A stretch of DNA of 64,000 nt from an uncultured Niastella sp. (GCA_966211305.1 CBIHPC010000012.1:44-64043); one strand, 5' to 3'. Counted from the stretch's first letter, positions 9,071-20,071 are shown. The notes: generated by a model from the letters alone, not told the origin. A program made the numbers and translations.

Positions 9071-9144
9071 TTATGGTTATTCTAATTCCCGGACTGCCGA
9101 TAAATTACAGGACATTCCGAATGAATAAAACAACAAACCATAAA

Positions 9145-10377
9145 CTATAAACCTTTAAGTGATTGCTCAAGATCCATCAGAATATCCTGTATATTCTCCA
9201 TGCCGATACTCATGCGTATAAGCCCGTCGGTAATGCCATATTTTTCGCGTTGTTCTTTCGGTACGCCATAGTGCGTCATGGATGCGGGGTGGCACAACAA
9301 GGTATCGCAGGTGCCCAGCGAAACGGTACGGGTGCATAACAGCAGGCTGTCCATCATTTTTTTGCCCGCCTCCAAACCGCCTTTCAGCTCTATGCTCATA
9401 ATGGCGCCGGGGTGTCGCATTTGTTTGGAGGTAAGATAAAAATCAGGATGCGATGGCAGCCCGGTAAAATTTACTTTGGCAACGGCAGGATGGCCTTCAA
9501 GGTAGTTGGCAACTTCAATGGCATTATGGCAATGCCGTTCCATACGTACTTCAAGTGTGCGCATGCCATTAACAAGCAGGAACGCATCAAAAGGGTTGCT
9601 GTTTCCGCCCAGCAATTGAATGGTCTTTTCTGCCCGGGTGGTCATGAATTCCATATCACGCCCAATCAAAACCCCTCCTATCGCGGTGCCATGCCCGTTC
9701 AGGAATTTGGTAGTGGAGTGTATTATAAAATCAACGCCATACCTGAACGGCTGTTGCAGGTAGGGTGTGGCAAATGTATTATCACAAGCCACCAGTTTGC
9801 CATATTTGCGGGCCAGCATGGTGAGCGCTTCTATATCTACACATTGTAAAGTGGGATTGGCCGGCGTTTCGAGATACACCATCTTTATTTTCGGATGCGC
9901 TTTCAGGGCTTCTTCCGCTTTATTGAGATCGCGCAGATCAACGATCACCGCTTCAATACCAAGACCCGGGAGTATTTTATCCATCGTTTCCTGCGTACCG
10001 CCATACAATGAATAATGCGACAGTATCTGATCGCCGGCTTTCAGGTTCGAGAGGAACAGCGTGCTGATGGCCGCCATGCCCGATGCATGCAACAGCGCTT
10101 TCGCCGCCAGTGGTTTGCCTGTTTCGTCTGTTACACCGAAACATTCCATGGCAGCCAGTTTTTTTTCAGCTTCCGTGAATGTAGGGTTGCCCCAACGGCT
10201 GTAAATGTATCCTTCTTCCTGTTTGCTAAAGCGGCGCATGCCCTGCTCTGCGGTATCATAAACGAATGTTGAAGAAGCATAAATTGGTGTGAGGTGCGCG
10301 TAATTCGGGTCCTGCTCATGACCGGCATGAATTGCCAGCGAGGTAAAGCCTGTAAACGGGAATTCTTTCTTAGCCAT
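9145..10377 (-). CDS. PLP-dependent Cys/Met-metabolism enzyme (methionine gamma-lyase / O-acyl-homoserine sulfhydrylase class)
   Basis: 410 aa with AIHAGHEQDP, SRWGNPT and the PLP-lysine motif HSTTKFLNGHG. Confidence 0.8.
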   Translation of the reverse strand: MAKKEFPFTGFTSLAIHAGHEQDPNYAHLTPIYASSTFVYDTAEQGMRRFSKQEEGYIYSRWGNPTFTEAEKKLAAMECFGVTDETGKPLAAKALLHASGMAAISTLFLSNLKAGDQILSHYSLYGGTQETMDKILPGLGIEAVIVDLRDLNKAEEALKAHPKIKMVYLETPANPTLQCVDIEALTMLARKYGKLVACDNTFATPYLQQPFRYGVDFIIHSTTKFLNGHGTAIGGVLIGRDMEFMTTRAEKTIQLLGGNSNPFDAFLLVNGMRTLEVRMERHCHNAIEVANYLEGHPAVAKVNFTGLPSHPDFYLTSKQMRHPGAIMSIELKGGLEAGKKMMDSLLLCTRTVSLGTCDTLLCHPASMTHYGVPKEQREKYGITDGLIRMSIGMENIQDILMDLEQSLKGL

Positions 10378-10434
10378 GTGTTTGATGTTACAGTTTTCAA
10401 GTTACAGGATACAAGGCAATTACGCAAAGCAGGT

Positions 10435-10478
10435 ATAAAAAAAGCAAAGGTGAGCCGTTCGCAAAGCGACAACTCACC
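10435..10478 (-). terminator. Rho-independent terminator after fabH
   Basis: On the minus strand: GGTGAG-ttgtcgctttgcgaacgg-CTCACC followed by TTTGCTTTTTTT. Confidence 0.7.
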
Positions 10479-10570
10479 ATCACCTGAATATTTAATCAGC
10501 TAAATGGGTCAATCCTCACCCCGCAAAAAAAGGCATTACGCCAATAATAGCGGGCCGCGAAAACGCCTTC

Positions 10571-10606
10571 CATTATCCCATTAGCACATTATCCCATTAG
10601 CACATT
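10571..10606. repeat. Perfect 16-bp tandem repeat, 2.25 copies
   Basis: CATTATCCCATTAGCA CATTATCCCATTAGCA CATT, immediately 3' of the fabH stop codon. Confidence 0.9.
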
Positions 10607-10610
10607 GCGT

Positions 10611-11600
10611 TTAGTATCCCCATTTAATCAGCGTAGCGCCCCAGGTAAAGCCACCGCCAAAGGCAGCCAGCACAATGTTGTCGCCTTTTTTCAGTTTGCT
10701 TTCCCAATCCCACAAACACAAAGGAATAGTGCCCGCGGTGGTATTGCCATAACGCATAATATTCAACATCACTTTATCGTGGGTAAGGCCCATACGATCG
10801 GCCGTGGCGTCAATGATACGTTTGTTGGCCTGGTGCGGAACCAGCCACGCAATATCATCACCGGTGAGTTTATTTCTTTCAAGCAGTTCGGCGCTTACAT
10901 CGGCCATACCTTTTACCGCCGCTTTGAACACCGGTTGACCTTCCTGGTAAATGAAGTGCTCTTTATTGGCAACTGTTTCAGCAGAAGCCGGGCGCAGTGA
11001 GCCGCCTGCCTTCATATGCAGGTGCTGGCATCCGCTGCCATCGCTTTTCAGAATGCTGTCGAGAACGCCGTACCCTTCGGTATTGGCTTCCAGCAATACA
11101 GCAGCAGCGCCATCGCCAAAGATGATACAGGTAGTGCGATCGCTATAGTCAACAATTGAGCTCATTTTGTCGCCCCCGGCTACGATCACTTTTTTATAAC
11201 GGCCGCTTTCAATAAGAGAGGCGCCGGTGGTGAGTGCGTATAAGAAACCGCTGCAGGCAGCCAGCAGGTCGAAGCCCCAGGCGTTTTTCAATCCGGCTTT
11301 GTGACAAACCAGATTGGCGGTGGAAGGGAACATCATATCCGGGGTAACGGTACCAATTACCAGTGCGTCAATTTCTTCCGGAGCAATCCCTCTTTTTTTC
11401 AATATTTGTTGAACCGCGGGAGTTATAAGGTCTGAGGTGCCTTTTTCGCCCTTTAAAATCCTTCTTTCTTCAATACCGGTACGGGTCCTGATCCATTCGT
11501 CGTTGGTATCTACTATTTTCTCAAGGTCGGCATTTGTCAGCTTGTCTTCCGGAACAAAACCGCCAACAGCTGTGATGGCGGCAGTAATTTTTTGGGTCAT
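10611..11600 (-). CDS. fabH: 3-oxoacyl-ACP synthase III
   Basis: I moved the start to [17 protein letters not shown]. Motifs: active-site AACSGF, PHQAN and GNTTAGT(I). Confidence 0.9.
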   Translation of the reverse strand: MTQKITAAITAVGGFVPEDKLTNADLEKIVDTNDEWIRTRTGIEERRILKGEKGTSDLITPAVQQILKKRGIAPEEIDALVIGTVTPDMMFPSTANLVCHKAGLKNAWGFDLLAACSGFLYALTTGASLIESGRYKKVIVAGGDKMSSIVDYSDRTTCIIFGDGAAAVLLEANTEGYGVLDSILKSDGSGCQHLHMKAGGSLRPASAETVANKEHFIYQEGQPVFKAAVKGMADVSAELLERNKLTGDDIAWLVPHQANKRIIDATADRMGLTHDKVMLNIMRYGNTTAGTIPLCLWDWESKLKKGDNIVLAAFGGGFTWGATLIKWGY

Positions 11601-11994
11601 GCTACTATTATACAAGTTTGATATTGAATCATTTTTGATAACAAAACCAGTGATTGATAAGAGCAAATAAGCTGGCAAAGATATATAAAAGCCGGTTTAT
11701 GGTTTGTAGTTTGTAGTTGGCTGCCCGCTGCGCAGCCTGCCGCATCAGGCTTACAACCCGTCCTGCAGCATGCCTGCCGCTTTCCTGAAAAGTACTCATT
11801 CCGCAAAAATTATAAGAAATCCCGAATTGCGGATAAACCACAAATCAAAAACAACAAACCACAAACCATTTATAACGTTCTCATTAAGTAATTGTTATAT
11901 ACACAACCCCAGGCAGCAAAACAACTTTCGATCATTTAATCACATTCGGCAAACTTCAAATGCTAAACCAGAAAACCTTTCCTATTTTCGCCCT

Positions 11995-12579
11995 ATGATC
12001 GCATTCGTTCGTGGACAATTCGTATTGAAAACACCCGCTGTTGTACATATTGAAGCTAACGGCGTGGGATACGAGCTCCAAATCAGTCTGCACACCTACT
12101 CTCACATCCAGTCGCTCGACAAAGGGCTGCTATATACGCATTTGCACATAAAGGAAGACGCCCATACGTTGTACGGCTTTTCCGAAGTAGCTGAAAAAGA
12201 ACTGTTTCTGCAGCTATTGAGCGTATCGGGCGTGGGTGCAGCTACTGCACGAATGATGCTGTCTAGTCTGAAGCCCGACGAATTGTCGCGGGCCATTGTA
12301 CAGGGAAATACCAAACAATTGGAATCCATCAAGGGCATCGGAAAAAAATCGGCCGAACGGATCATATTGGAACTGAAGGATAAACTCAGCAAATCCAAAC
12401 CAGGCCTAAATATTTCCCCCTTGATAAACAATACGTTGGAGCAGGATGCGTTAAATGCCTTGATTGCACTGGGAATAGCCCGGGCTGCAGCGGAACAAGC
12501 CATTCAACGCGTAATCAAAGCGGAACCTTCTCTTAGTGCAGTTGAAGAAATTATTAAGAAAGCTTTAAAAACCATTTAA
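11995..12579 (+). CDS. ruvA: Holliday junction branch-migration complex subunit RuvA
   Basis: I moved the start to MIAFVRGQFV...VHIEANGVGYEL. The HhH motifs are SVSGVGAATARMML and IKGIGKKSAERI. The 75-codon upstream extension in the ORF track is low-complexity spacer. Confidence 0.9.
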   Translation: MIAFVRGQFVLKTPAVVHIEANGVGYELQISLHTYSHIQSLDKGLLYTHLHIKEDAHTLYGFSEVAEKELFLQLLSVSGVGAATARMMLSSLKPDELSRAIVQGNTKQLESIKGIGKKSAERIILELKDKLSKSKPGLNISPLINNTLEQDALNALIALGIARAAAEQAIQRVIKAEPSLSAVEEIIKKALKTI

Positions 12580-12623
12580 GCCTATCGGATCGGAACTCTA
12601 CCTAACTAATTCTTTAGAGAAGA

Positions 12624-15600
12624 TTGTTACGCGCACCTTACAGAAATCGAATAACACCAATTGTGTTAATAGTAGCTGCTTGCGTAGGTATGAGTTCTAC
12701 CGTAAAAGCCCAGGCTCCGGCGAAGGATTCCAGTAGTACGCAAAGCATTGACACATTGAAGTATCCCCTGCACGACAGGCGGGGCGATAAATTTACCTTT
12801 CCTCAACGAAATTCAATGGGTTTGAACGACCCGTCGAATATCCAGGACTCTATCGTTTATGATCCCAGGACAAAACAGTATTACATCATTGAACGAATAG
12901 GTAACTTTTACTATCGTAAACCTACCTATCTCACCTTTGACGAGTTTATGGCTATCCAGGCCCGTAAACAGGAATCCGAATATTTCAAAAAACGGTCAAA
13001 CATCCTGAGCGGACTAAACCGCAAAATGCTGCGGCCCAGGATGTCAATGAGCGATAACCTGTTCAACCGCATTTTCGGTAATGGTAAGATCGAGATAAAA
13101 CCGCAGGGGGAAGTGAATATCATTGCCGGTTACCAGGGTCAGAATATCAAAAACCCGGCATTACCTGAACGGGCCCGCCGCAATGGCGGTTTCGATTTTG
13201 ACATGAACGCCAACCTGAGCGTTATAGGTAATATCGGCGATAAGCTGAAACTGCCTATCAGCTATAACACACTCGCCAACTTCGATTTCGATAACCAGCT
13301 AAAGCTCGATTATACCGGTACCGATGATGAGATCATAAAAAAGATCGAGGCGGGGAACATTTCCTTCTCATCAAAGGGTACGCTGATACCCGGCGCCCAG
13401 AATATCTTCGGTATAAAAACCCAGCTCCAGTTCGGTAAACTGTTCATAACCGGTGTGCTGGCCAACCAGCGCTCGCAACGGCAGTCGCTGGGATTGCAGG
13501 GCGGTTCGGCCAATACCTATTTCGAGTTCAAGGCTAACGATTATGAGGAGAACCGTCACTTCCTGCTGGCCCAGTATTTCAGGCTGAACTATAACAAGGC
13601 CATGTCGAAACTGCCGGTGGTTACCTCCCAGGTGCAGATCCTGCGTATGGAAGTTTGGGTTACCAACCGCAACGGCTCCACTACCGAAACCAGGGATGTG
13701 GTGGGATTGATGGACCTTGGCGAGCCTGACCCGTTTTATTCACCGCAGCCGGGCGGTGCAGGACAACTGCCGCACAACGATGCGAACGATCTGTACCGCC
13801 GCATCATCAACGACCCCGACAGCCGCAAGCCTTCTTTCATCACCAGCAAATTATCATCGTTAGGGTTGCGCCCGGTGCAGGACTTCGAAAAAACATTCGC
13901 CCGCAAGCTGAACCCAACTGATTTCTTCTATAACCCGCAGATCGGTTTTCTTTCTATCAATCAACCACTGCAGCCCGATGAGGTTTTAGGGGTGGCCTAT
14001 CAATACAGCTATAACGGCAGAATATACCAGGTGGGTGAATTTTCACAGGATGTGCCGCCCGATACTACCAATACAACCGCGGGCACACAAAAAGTACTGT
14101 TCCTGAAATTGCTGAAAGCCACATCCCAACGTACCAACCTGCCGCTGTGGGACCTGATGATGAAGAACGTGTACACCCTCAAAACAAAAGACGGTAGTTA
14201 CCTCTCCGGCGTACAACCCGCAGATTTCAAGTTGAACGTTTTGTATGAAGAACCGAGTTTAGGCCAGAAGCGCTTTTTGCCCGAAGGCGACAAACCCGGT
14301 GTTCCGCTGATAACGCTAATGAACCTCGACCGGTTGAATGCCCGGAACGATCCTTTACCCGATGGGGTATTCGACTTTCTGGAAGGATTTACCATACAAT
14401 CGCAACAGGCCCGCATCATCTTCCCCACCCTGGAACCATTCGGTCGCGATCTGGAAGCGGTGGCATTTGCCGGCAGTACGCCCGACATAAAGCAGAAGTA
14501 CATCTACTACCCGCTATACGACACCATTAAAGAAATTGCCAAAACCTACGCCAACCTCGACCGGTATGTTATCAGCGGTTATGCCAAAGGACAAAGCACA
14601 TCCGAAATTTCACTGGGCGCCTTCAACGTGCCCCAGGGCTCGGTTAGTGTAACGGCCGGCGGACAGGTTCTTTTAGAAAACCAGGATTACATAGTGGATT
14701 ACAACCTGGGTACGGTTAAGATCATTAACCAGGCCATTCTTAACGCAGGCTTACCCGTTAACGTGCAGTTTGAGAACAATGCCGGCTATGGAATGCAACA
14801 GCGAAACTTCATGGGTTTACGGCTCGACTATATGGCCAAACAAACCGCCCGCGAGCAATTGACGATCGGGGCCTCGCTGGTACGGCTGGGTGAACGCCCC
14901 TTCTTTACAAAAACAAGCTATAATGAAGACCCCATCCGCAACACCATGTACGGGGTCGACTTCAATTACATGACCCAGGCGCCCCGCATTACGCGCTGGT
15001 TAGATAAGCTCCCCTTTTATCATACCACCGAAATGAGTACCATTACGGCTTATGGTGAAGCGGCTTACCTGAAACCGGGCCACCCGCCGCAGATCGGCAA
15101 AGGCAGCGGCAGCCAGGTGTTCATCGATGATTTTGAAGGCTCGCGCAATGCCATCGACCTCCGCTTTCCGCTGGTTAGCTGGGGACTGGCTTCAACACCC
15201 GCCGGCAACGGGCTGTTCCCCGAAGCAACCATGCGCGACACGCTCGATTATGGCTTCAACCGCGCCAAACTGGCATGGTATAATATTGAGCCGGTGTTGC
15301 AGGACAGATCAAGTGCCGACAACCCCATTAACGATAATTTGCTGAACGACCCACGCGTTCGTTCAATAAACGTAAAAGACATCTTCCCGCAACGCACACC
15401 CGACCTCGGTCAGGGAAGCCTGGTAACTTTCGATATGGCTTACTACCCTACCGAAAGAGGTCCATATAACTACGATGCGCGGCCGGGAAGTATCGACCCT
15501 AACGGCCGGTTATTAAACCCTAAAACCCGTTGGGGCGGTATCATGCGCGGTATTGACCAGGTTGATTTTGAAACCGGTAATGTGGAGTTCATCGAGTTCT

Positions 15601-18600
15601 GGTTACAGGACCCATACATCCTGAACCCCGGCAGCAGCGGTGGCGAACTGTATTTCAACCTCGGTAATATTTCAGAAGACGTGCTGAAAGACGGCAAACG
15701 CTTTTTTGAGAACGGCATCAGCGGTGCAGTGACCACCGCCCTCGAAGATAATAACACCAATTGGGGAAAGGCCCCTGCCAACCCCATTCAGGTTACGCAG
15801 GCCTTCAGTAACGAACCTGCCGACAGGCCTTTACAGGATGCCGGTTTCGACGGTTTGGTGAACGATGCCGAGCAAACAAAATTCCAGGCATACCTGAACC
15901 AGCTGCAAAGCATTGGCTCCGGCGCCTATCAACAGGCCTTACAGGACCCTTCAAGCGATGACTACATCAACTACCGTAATGCACAGTTCGGTGCAAACGA
16001 TGGGATCCTTGCCCGTTACAAAAACATCAACAACCCGCAGGGCAACTCACCCGTTGCCAGCAGCAGCGATAAATTCGTAAGCGCCTTTACACTGTATCCC
16101 GACCAGGAAGAGTTCAACCGCGATAATACACTCAATGAACTGGAGGAATATTTTCAGTACCGGGTTGACCTGAAAAAACCCAATATGCGAGTGGGCACCA
16201 ACTTCATTACCGATAGTATTGAAGTGCGCCCCAGCGGAAGCCCGGCAGAAACCTGGTACCTGTTCCGCATCCCTATCAGGGAGTTTCAGCAAAAAGTAGG
16301 TAATATCCCCGACTTCAAGTCGATCCGTTTCATTCGTATGTACATGACCGGCTTCGAAGATTCAGTGGTGTTGCGTTTCGCCAAACTCGAGCTGGTGCGT
16401 AACCAATGGCGTCAGTTCAACTACCTGCTCGACACAGCCAATCAGTACAAACCCATTCCTGCCAACACTACCACTACGGTAAAACAGTTGGCGGTGAACG
16501 TGGAAGAAAATGCATCACGCTATCCTGTTAACTATAGAACGCCCCCCGGCGTTATTCGTCAGCAACAACTGAGCAACAACAACGTGAACCTGTTGCAGAA
16601 CGAACAATCGCTGAGCCTGCAGGTGTGTAACCTGGCACAGGGCGATGCAAGAGGGGTGTTCAAAACAATAAACCTCGACCTGCGTCAGTACAAACAATTA
16701 CAAATGTATGTGCACGCCGAGTCGGTAAAAAGCTCAACTGATATAAAGAATGGCGACCTGTACACCGTAGTGCGTATCGGTAACGACCTTATCAGCAACT
16801 TCTATGAGATAAAGATCCCGCTCGAAATTACGCCATGGGGAACAACCGACGATGAGCTGATATGGCCAACAAACAACCTGCTCGATCTGTCGCTCGAAAG
16901 GCTGACCGCCCTGAAAGTATCGCGCAACAACAACGGCAACACCTATCAGTATTACCAGGAAACCGACGGCGATGGTAAACAGTTCTCCATATTGGGTAAC
17001 CCCAACCTTGGCGAAGTGCGTACCTTCTTCATAGGTGTACAAAACGTTAACCGGGTTGATGCCTGTACCGAAGTATGGTTCAACGAGCTTCGTTTATCTG
17101 GTCTCGATGAACAGGGCGCCTGGGCAGCAACCGGCCGCCTGGACATAAAACTGGCCGACCTCGGTACCCTGTATGTTTCCGCTAGCGCCCGCAGCACCGG
17201 CTGGGGTACATTGGAACAACGGGTAAACGAACGCTCACGCGAAGCCTTTACCCAGCTGGATGTAGCAGCCAACCTCGAGCTGGGTAAACTGTTACCCGCC
17301 AAAGCAGGGGTCTCCATCCCGGTTTACGCCAGCTATTCCAAAACAGTTACAACCCCCGAATACGATCCATACGATCTGGATATAAAACTGAAAGACAAAC
17401 TCAAGGCCGCATCAGGTGCCGACAAGGATTCAATCCGTAACGATGCCATCGATGTAAAGACCATCAAAACCGTCAACTTCACCAATGTGAAGAAGCTGAA
17501 TACGACCGGTAAAAAACAGCAGCTCTGGAGCATCGAGAACTGGGACCTGAGCTACTCCTATTACAAAGAAGAACAGCACAACCCGCTGATCGAAAGCAAT
17601 GAAGTAGTGCGTCATCGCGCAGGCCTCGGTTATAATTATACATCCAATCCCAAATACTGGGAACCTGCCAAACGAATTATAAAATCAAGGTCGCCCTGGG
17701 TAGCGGCCGTAAAGGATTTCAACATCAACCCCATGCCTACGTTACTTGGGTTCAGGGCCGATGTGAACCGCCAGTTCGGTACCTACCGCCCACGCAGCGT
17801 TGGTACGCCAAAGAACCTGATACCCGAAACGTACGATAAATACTTTACGTTCGACCGCACCTATAACCTGCGCTGGGATTTCACCCGTTCGCTGAACCTC
17901 GACTTCACCGCGCTGAACCGCGCCTGGGTTGATGAGGACAGCGGCCGTTTGGGCGAAGCCGAGAAAAAACGCATGTGGCATAACTTCTGGAAAGGCGGCC
18001 GTACCATTCAGTACAATCACAAGGCAACGGTTTCATATACCCTGCCAACAAGCAAACTGCCGTTCCTCGACTGGACAACCGTTAGGGCAGGTTATACCGC
18101 TAACTTCGACTGGTTAGCCGCTTCATTACTTGCCCGCGAACTGGGTAACACGCTGTCGAATGCACAACAAAAGAACGTGACCGCCGAATTAGACTTTACC
18201 CGGTTGTACGCCAAATCGAGATTGCTGCGGGCCTTTGAAGAAGAAGCAGCGCCTGCACCGCAGGGCCCCCTGCCGCCCGGCGCAGGCCCAAAAACCGATT
18301 CTACCGGAAAGAAAAAGAAGCGCGACAAAAACGCGCCGCTTGAATTAGGCAGCGGCGTAAAATTCGCCGGCCGTTTACTCACCATGTTGAAACGGGTGAA
18401 TGTGCAATATTCTGAAAACGCCAGCGCTACCATATACGGTTATACCGATAGCACACGCATTCTGGGAATGAACTTTAAATCGATGGCGCCCGGTCTTGGA
18501 TTTATCTTCGGCCGCCAGCCCGATACCAACTTCGTGAACATGATGGCAAGCAAAGGCTGGCTCACCGCCGATTCGAATTTCAACTACCAGAACCGGCAGG

Positions 18601-19781
18601 ATTATCAGCAGCGGCTGAACATAACAGCCACGCTGAACCCGGTACGCGACCTTACCATTGACCTTACGTTCGATAAAACGTTTGGTAAAATGTACAGCGA
18701 ACTGTATAAAGACACTACCGGCACCGGAATGCATTTTGCCCGGCTGAACCCGTATACATCGGGCAGCTTTAGCGTAAGTTATATTGCATTGAAGACAATG
18801 TTTACGCCGGTAAGGCCGAACGAGGTAACAAGCACCTTCCTGAAATTCCAGGATTACCGGATGATCTTATCAAAACGGCTGGCAGAGCAAAACCCATACT
18901 GGCAAAAGCTCGATCCTAACCAGCAGTTCACTACCGATGGTTATTATACCGGGTATGGTCGTTACGCACAGGATGTATTGATCCCGGCGTTCGTTGCGGC
19001 ATACACCGGCAAAGACCCATCAGGAGTATCGCTTATAAAAAGGGATAACCCGAATATCCGCTCCAATCCGTTCTCGGGCATTTTGCCGCGCCCCAACTGG
19101 CGATTGACCTATAATGGATTGACCCGCATAAAAGGCATGGAAAAAGTATTTACCAACTTTACCATTTCGCATGGCTATACAGGTACGTTAAGCATGAACA
19201 GCTTTAGCTCGGCACTGTTGTACCGCGATTCGGCAAATCTCGGTTTTCCTTCGTTCATCGATACGCTTACCGGCGCCTTTATCCCCTACTTCCTGGTACC
19301 CAACATTTCAATAAGCGAACAGTTTGTACCGTTGATCGATGTGGATATGCAGTTCACCAACCAGCTTACAGCGCGTTTTGAATATAAAAAATCAAGAACG
19401 GTAAGTTTGAGTTTGATCGACTTCCAGCTCAGCGAAAACCGGTCAACAGAGTTCACCATCGGCGCCGGGTTCAGGAAGCGCGGTGCGTTCTCATGGATCA
19501 AGATCAAGGGCAAGCCAATGCAAAATGACGCCAGCTTCCGGTTAGACCTTGGCTTCCGCGACGACATTACCGCCAACAGCCGCTTAGACCAGGACCAGGC
19601 ACTTCCTACGAACGGTCAAAAGGTGATCACCATAAACCCAACGATCGATTATGTGATCAGTAACCGGGTAAACCTGAAATTCTATTTTGAACAGCGAAGA
19701 GTAGAACCGAAGATCTCCACCTCACCGCCCATCACTACAACAAGGGCCGGTATACAGATCAGGATCTCACTGGCGCAATAA
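12624..19781 (+). CDS. sprA: T9SS translocon / gliding-motility protein SprA (Sov)
   Basis: 2385 aa, the size typical of the family. It has a signal peptide (IVLIVAACVGMSSTVKAQA) and a beta-barrel-type sequence throughout. The start codon is TTG at 12624; there is no in-frame upstream ATG. Confidence 0.85.
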   Translation: MLRAPYRNRITPIVLIVAACVGMSSTVKAQAPAKDSSSTQSIDTLKYPLHDRRGDKFTFPQRNSMGLNDPSNIQDSIVYDPRTKQYYIIERIGNFYYRKPTYLTFDEFMAIQARKQESEYFKKRSNILSGLNRKMLRPRMSMSDNLFNRIFGNGKIEIKPQGEVNIIAGYQGQNIKNPALPERARRNGGFDFDMNANLSVIGNIGDKLKLPISYNTLANFDFDNQLKLDYTGTDDEIIKKIEAGNISFSSKGTLIPGAQNIFGIKTQLQFGKLFITGVLANQRSQRQSLGLQGGSANTYFEFKANDYEENRHFLLAQYFRLNYNKAMSKLPVVTSQVQILRMEVWVTNRNGSTTETRDVVGLMDLGEPDPFYSPQPGGAGQLPHNDANDLYRRIINDPDSRKPSFITSKLSSLGLRPVQDFEKTFARKLNPTDFFYNPQIGFLSINQPLQPDEVLGVAYQYSYNGRIYQVGEFSQDVPPDTTNTTAGTQKVLFLKLLKATSQRTNLPLWDLMMKNVYTLKTKDGSYLSGVQPADFKLNVLYEEPSLGQKRFLPEGDKPGVPLITLMNLDRLNARNDPLPDGVFDFLEGFTIQSQQARIIFPTLEPFGRDLEAVAFAGSTPDIKQKYIYYPLYDTIKEIAKTYANLDRYVISGYAKGQSTSEISLGAFNVPQGSVSVTAGGQVLLENQDYIVDYNLGTVKIINQAILNAGLPVNVQFENNAGYGMQQRNFMGLRLDYMAKQTAREQLTIGASLVRLGERPFFTKTSYNEDPIRNTMYGVDFNYMTQAPRITRWLDKLPFYHTTEMSTITAYGEAAYLKPGHPPQIGKGSGSQVFIDDFEGSRNAIDLRFPLVSWGLASTPAGNGLFPEATMRDTLDYGFNRAKLAWYNIEPVLQDRSSADNPINDNLLNDPRVRSINVKDIFPQRTPDLGQGSLVTFDMAYYPTERGPYNYDARPGSIDPNGRLLNPKTRWGGIMRGIDQVDFETGNVEFIEFWLQDPYILNPGSSGGELYFNLGNISEDVLKDGKRFFENGISGAVTTALEDNNTNWGKAPANPIQVTQAFSNEPADRPLQDAGFDGLVNDAEQTKFQAYLNQLQSIGSGAYQQALQDPSSDDYINYRNAQFGANDGILARYKNINNPQGNSPVASSSDKFVSAFTLYPDQEEFNRDNTLNELEEYFQYRVDLKKPNMRVGTNFITDSIEVRPSGSPAETWYLFRIPIREFQQKVGNIPDFKSIRFIRMYMTGFEDSVVLRFAKLELVRNQWRQFNYLLDTANQYKPIPANTTTTVKQLAVNVEENASRYPVNYRTPPGVIRQQQLSNNNVNLLQNEQSLSLQVCNLAQGDARGVFKTINLDLRQYKQLQMYVHAESVKSSTDIKNGDLYTVVRIGNDLISNFYEIKIPLEITPWGTTDDELIWPTNNLLDLSLERLTALKVSRNNNGNTYQYYQETDGDGKQFSILGNPNLGEVRTFFIGVQNVNRVDACTEVWFNELRLSGLDEQGAWAATGRLDIKLADLGTLYVSASARSTGWGTLEQRVNERSREAFTQLDVAANLELGKLLPAKAGVSIPVYASYSKTVTTPEYDPYDLDIKLKDKLKAASGADKDSIRNDAIDVKTIKTVNFTNVKKLNTTGKKQQLWSIENWDLSYSYYKEEQHNPLIESNEVVRHRAGLGYNYTSNPKYWEPAKRIIKSRSPWVAAVKDFNINPMPTLLGFRADVNRQFGTYRPRSVGTPKNLIPETYDKYFTFDRTYNLRWDFTRSLNLDFTALNRAWVDEDSGRLGEAEKKRMWHNFWKGGRTIQYNHKATVSYTLPTSKLPFLDWTTVRAGYTANFDWLAASLLARELGNTLSNAQQKNVTAELDFTRLYAKSRLLRAFEEEAAPAPQGPLPPGAGPKTDSTGKKKKRDKNAPLELGSGVKFAGRLLTMLKRVNVQYSENASATIYGYTDSTRILGMNFKSMAPGLGFIFGRQPDTNFVNMMASKGWLTADSNFNYQNRQDYQQRLNITATLNPVRDLTIDLTFDKTFGKMYSELYKDTTGTGMHFARLNPYTSGSFSVSYIALKTMFTPVRPNEVTSTFLKFQDYRMILSKRLAEQNPYWQKLDPNQQFTTDGYYTGYGRYAQDVLIPAFVAAYTGKDPSGVSLIKRDNPNIRSNPFSGILPRPNWRLTYNGLTRIKGMEKVFTNFTISHGYTGTLSMNSFSSALLYRDSANLGFPSFIDTLTGAFIPYFLVPNISISEQFVPLIDVDMQFTNQLTARFEYKKSRTVSLSLIDFQLSENRSTEFTIGAGFRKRGAFSWIKIKGKPMQNDASFRLDLGFRDDITANSRLDQDQALPTNGQKVITINPTIDYVISNRVNLKFYFEQRRVEPKISTSPPITTTRAGIQIRISLAQ

Positions 19782-19812
19782 GGAAACCATACAAAATACC
19801 CTACACATATAT

Positions 19813-19840
19813 AGCGCGCCCTTACCGGGGCGCTTTTTTA
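19813..19840 (+). terminator. Rho-independent terminator after sprA
   Basis: AGCGCGCCC-ttacc-GGGGCGCT (8 bp with one bulge) followed by TTTTTTA. Confidence 0.65.
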
Positions 19841-19972
19841 TTTGTAAAGGGCATGTAGTAGGCTTCTTATGGCTGAGGCTTGTGCAAAAGCATCAGGTAA
19901 GTGAAAGAATAGGGTTATAGAAGAGTACAGGCCTTTGAACTAAGATCAATTAAGGAATCGCGTACCATAGAG

Positions 19973-20071
19973 GTCTTGTAAAAGTCTCGTGAAGGTCTCG
20001 TGAATGTCTTGTAAAGGTCTTGTGAAAGTCTCGTCAGGGTCTTGTGAGCGTCAGGTGGAAGTCTTGAAGAG
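19973..20071. repeat. Exactly phased 11-bp tandem array, 9 units (consensus GTCTYGTGAAR)
   Basis: Units: gtcttgtaaaa, gtctcgtgaag, gtctcgtgaat, gtcttgtaaag, gtcttgtgaaa, gtctcgtcagg, gtcttgtgagc, gtcaggtggaa, gtcttgaagag. Every unit starts exactly 11 nt after the previous one. Confidence 0.9.

Noticed and set aside
10378-10610. Possible SAM or other riboswitch in the leader of the PLP Cys/Met enzyme gene.
   Set aside because: I read the minus strand for SAM-I-type conserved cores and found none. The only strong structure is the fabH terminator (10435-10478) followed by GTTACAGG words.
11770-11994. A 75-codon N-terminal extension of ruvA in the ORF track, with similar extensions on fabH (to 11678), guaB (to 28254), htpG (to 59329), the DUF4105 gene (to 26659), the SDR gene (to 21739), PTPS-B (from 4225) and fabD (from 5669).
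   Set aside because: The family-conserved N-termini begin at internal Met codons. The extensions cover word-repeat spacers or overlap neighbouring genes.
12926-19576. About twenty 60-120-aa ORFs on both strands inside sprA (for example 16734-17042, 16952-17317, 18375-18734).
   Set aside because: All are embedded in, or antisense to, a 2385-aa gene with continuous family-typical sequence. They have no motifs and odd composition, so they are shadow ORFs.
19973-20071. CRISPR array.
   Set aside because: The units are 11 nt, contiguous and without spacers, and no cas genes are nearby. It is a plain tandem array.
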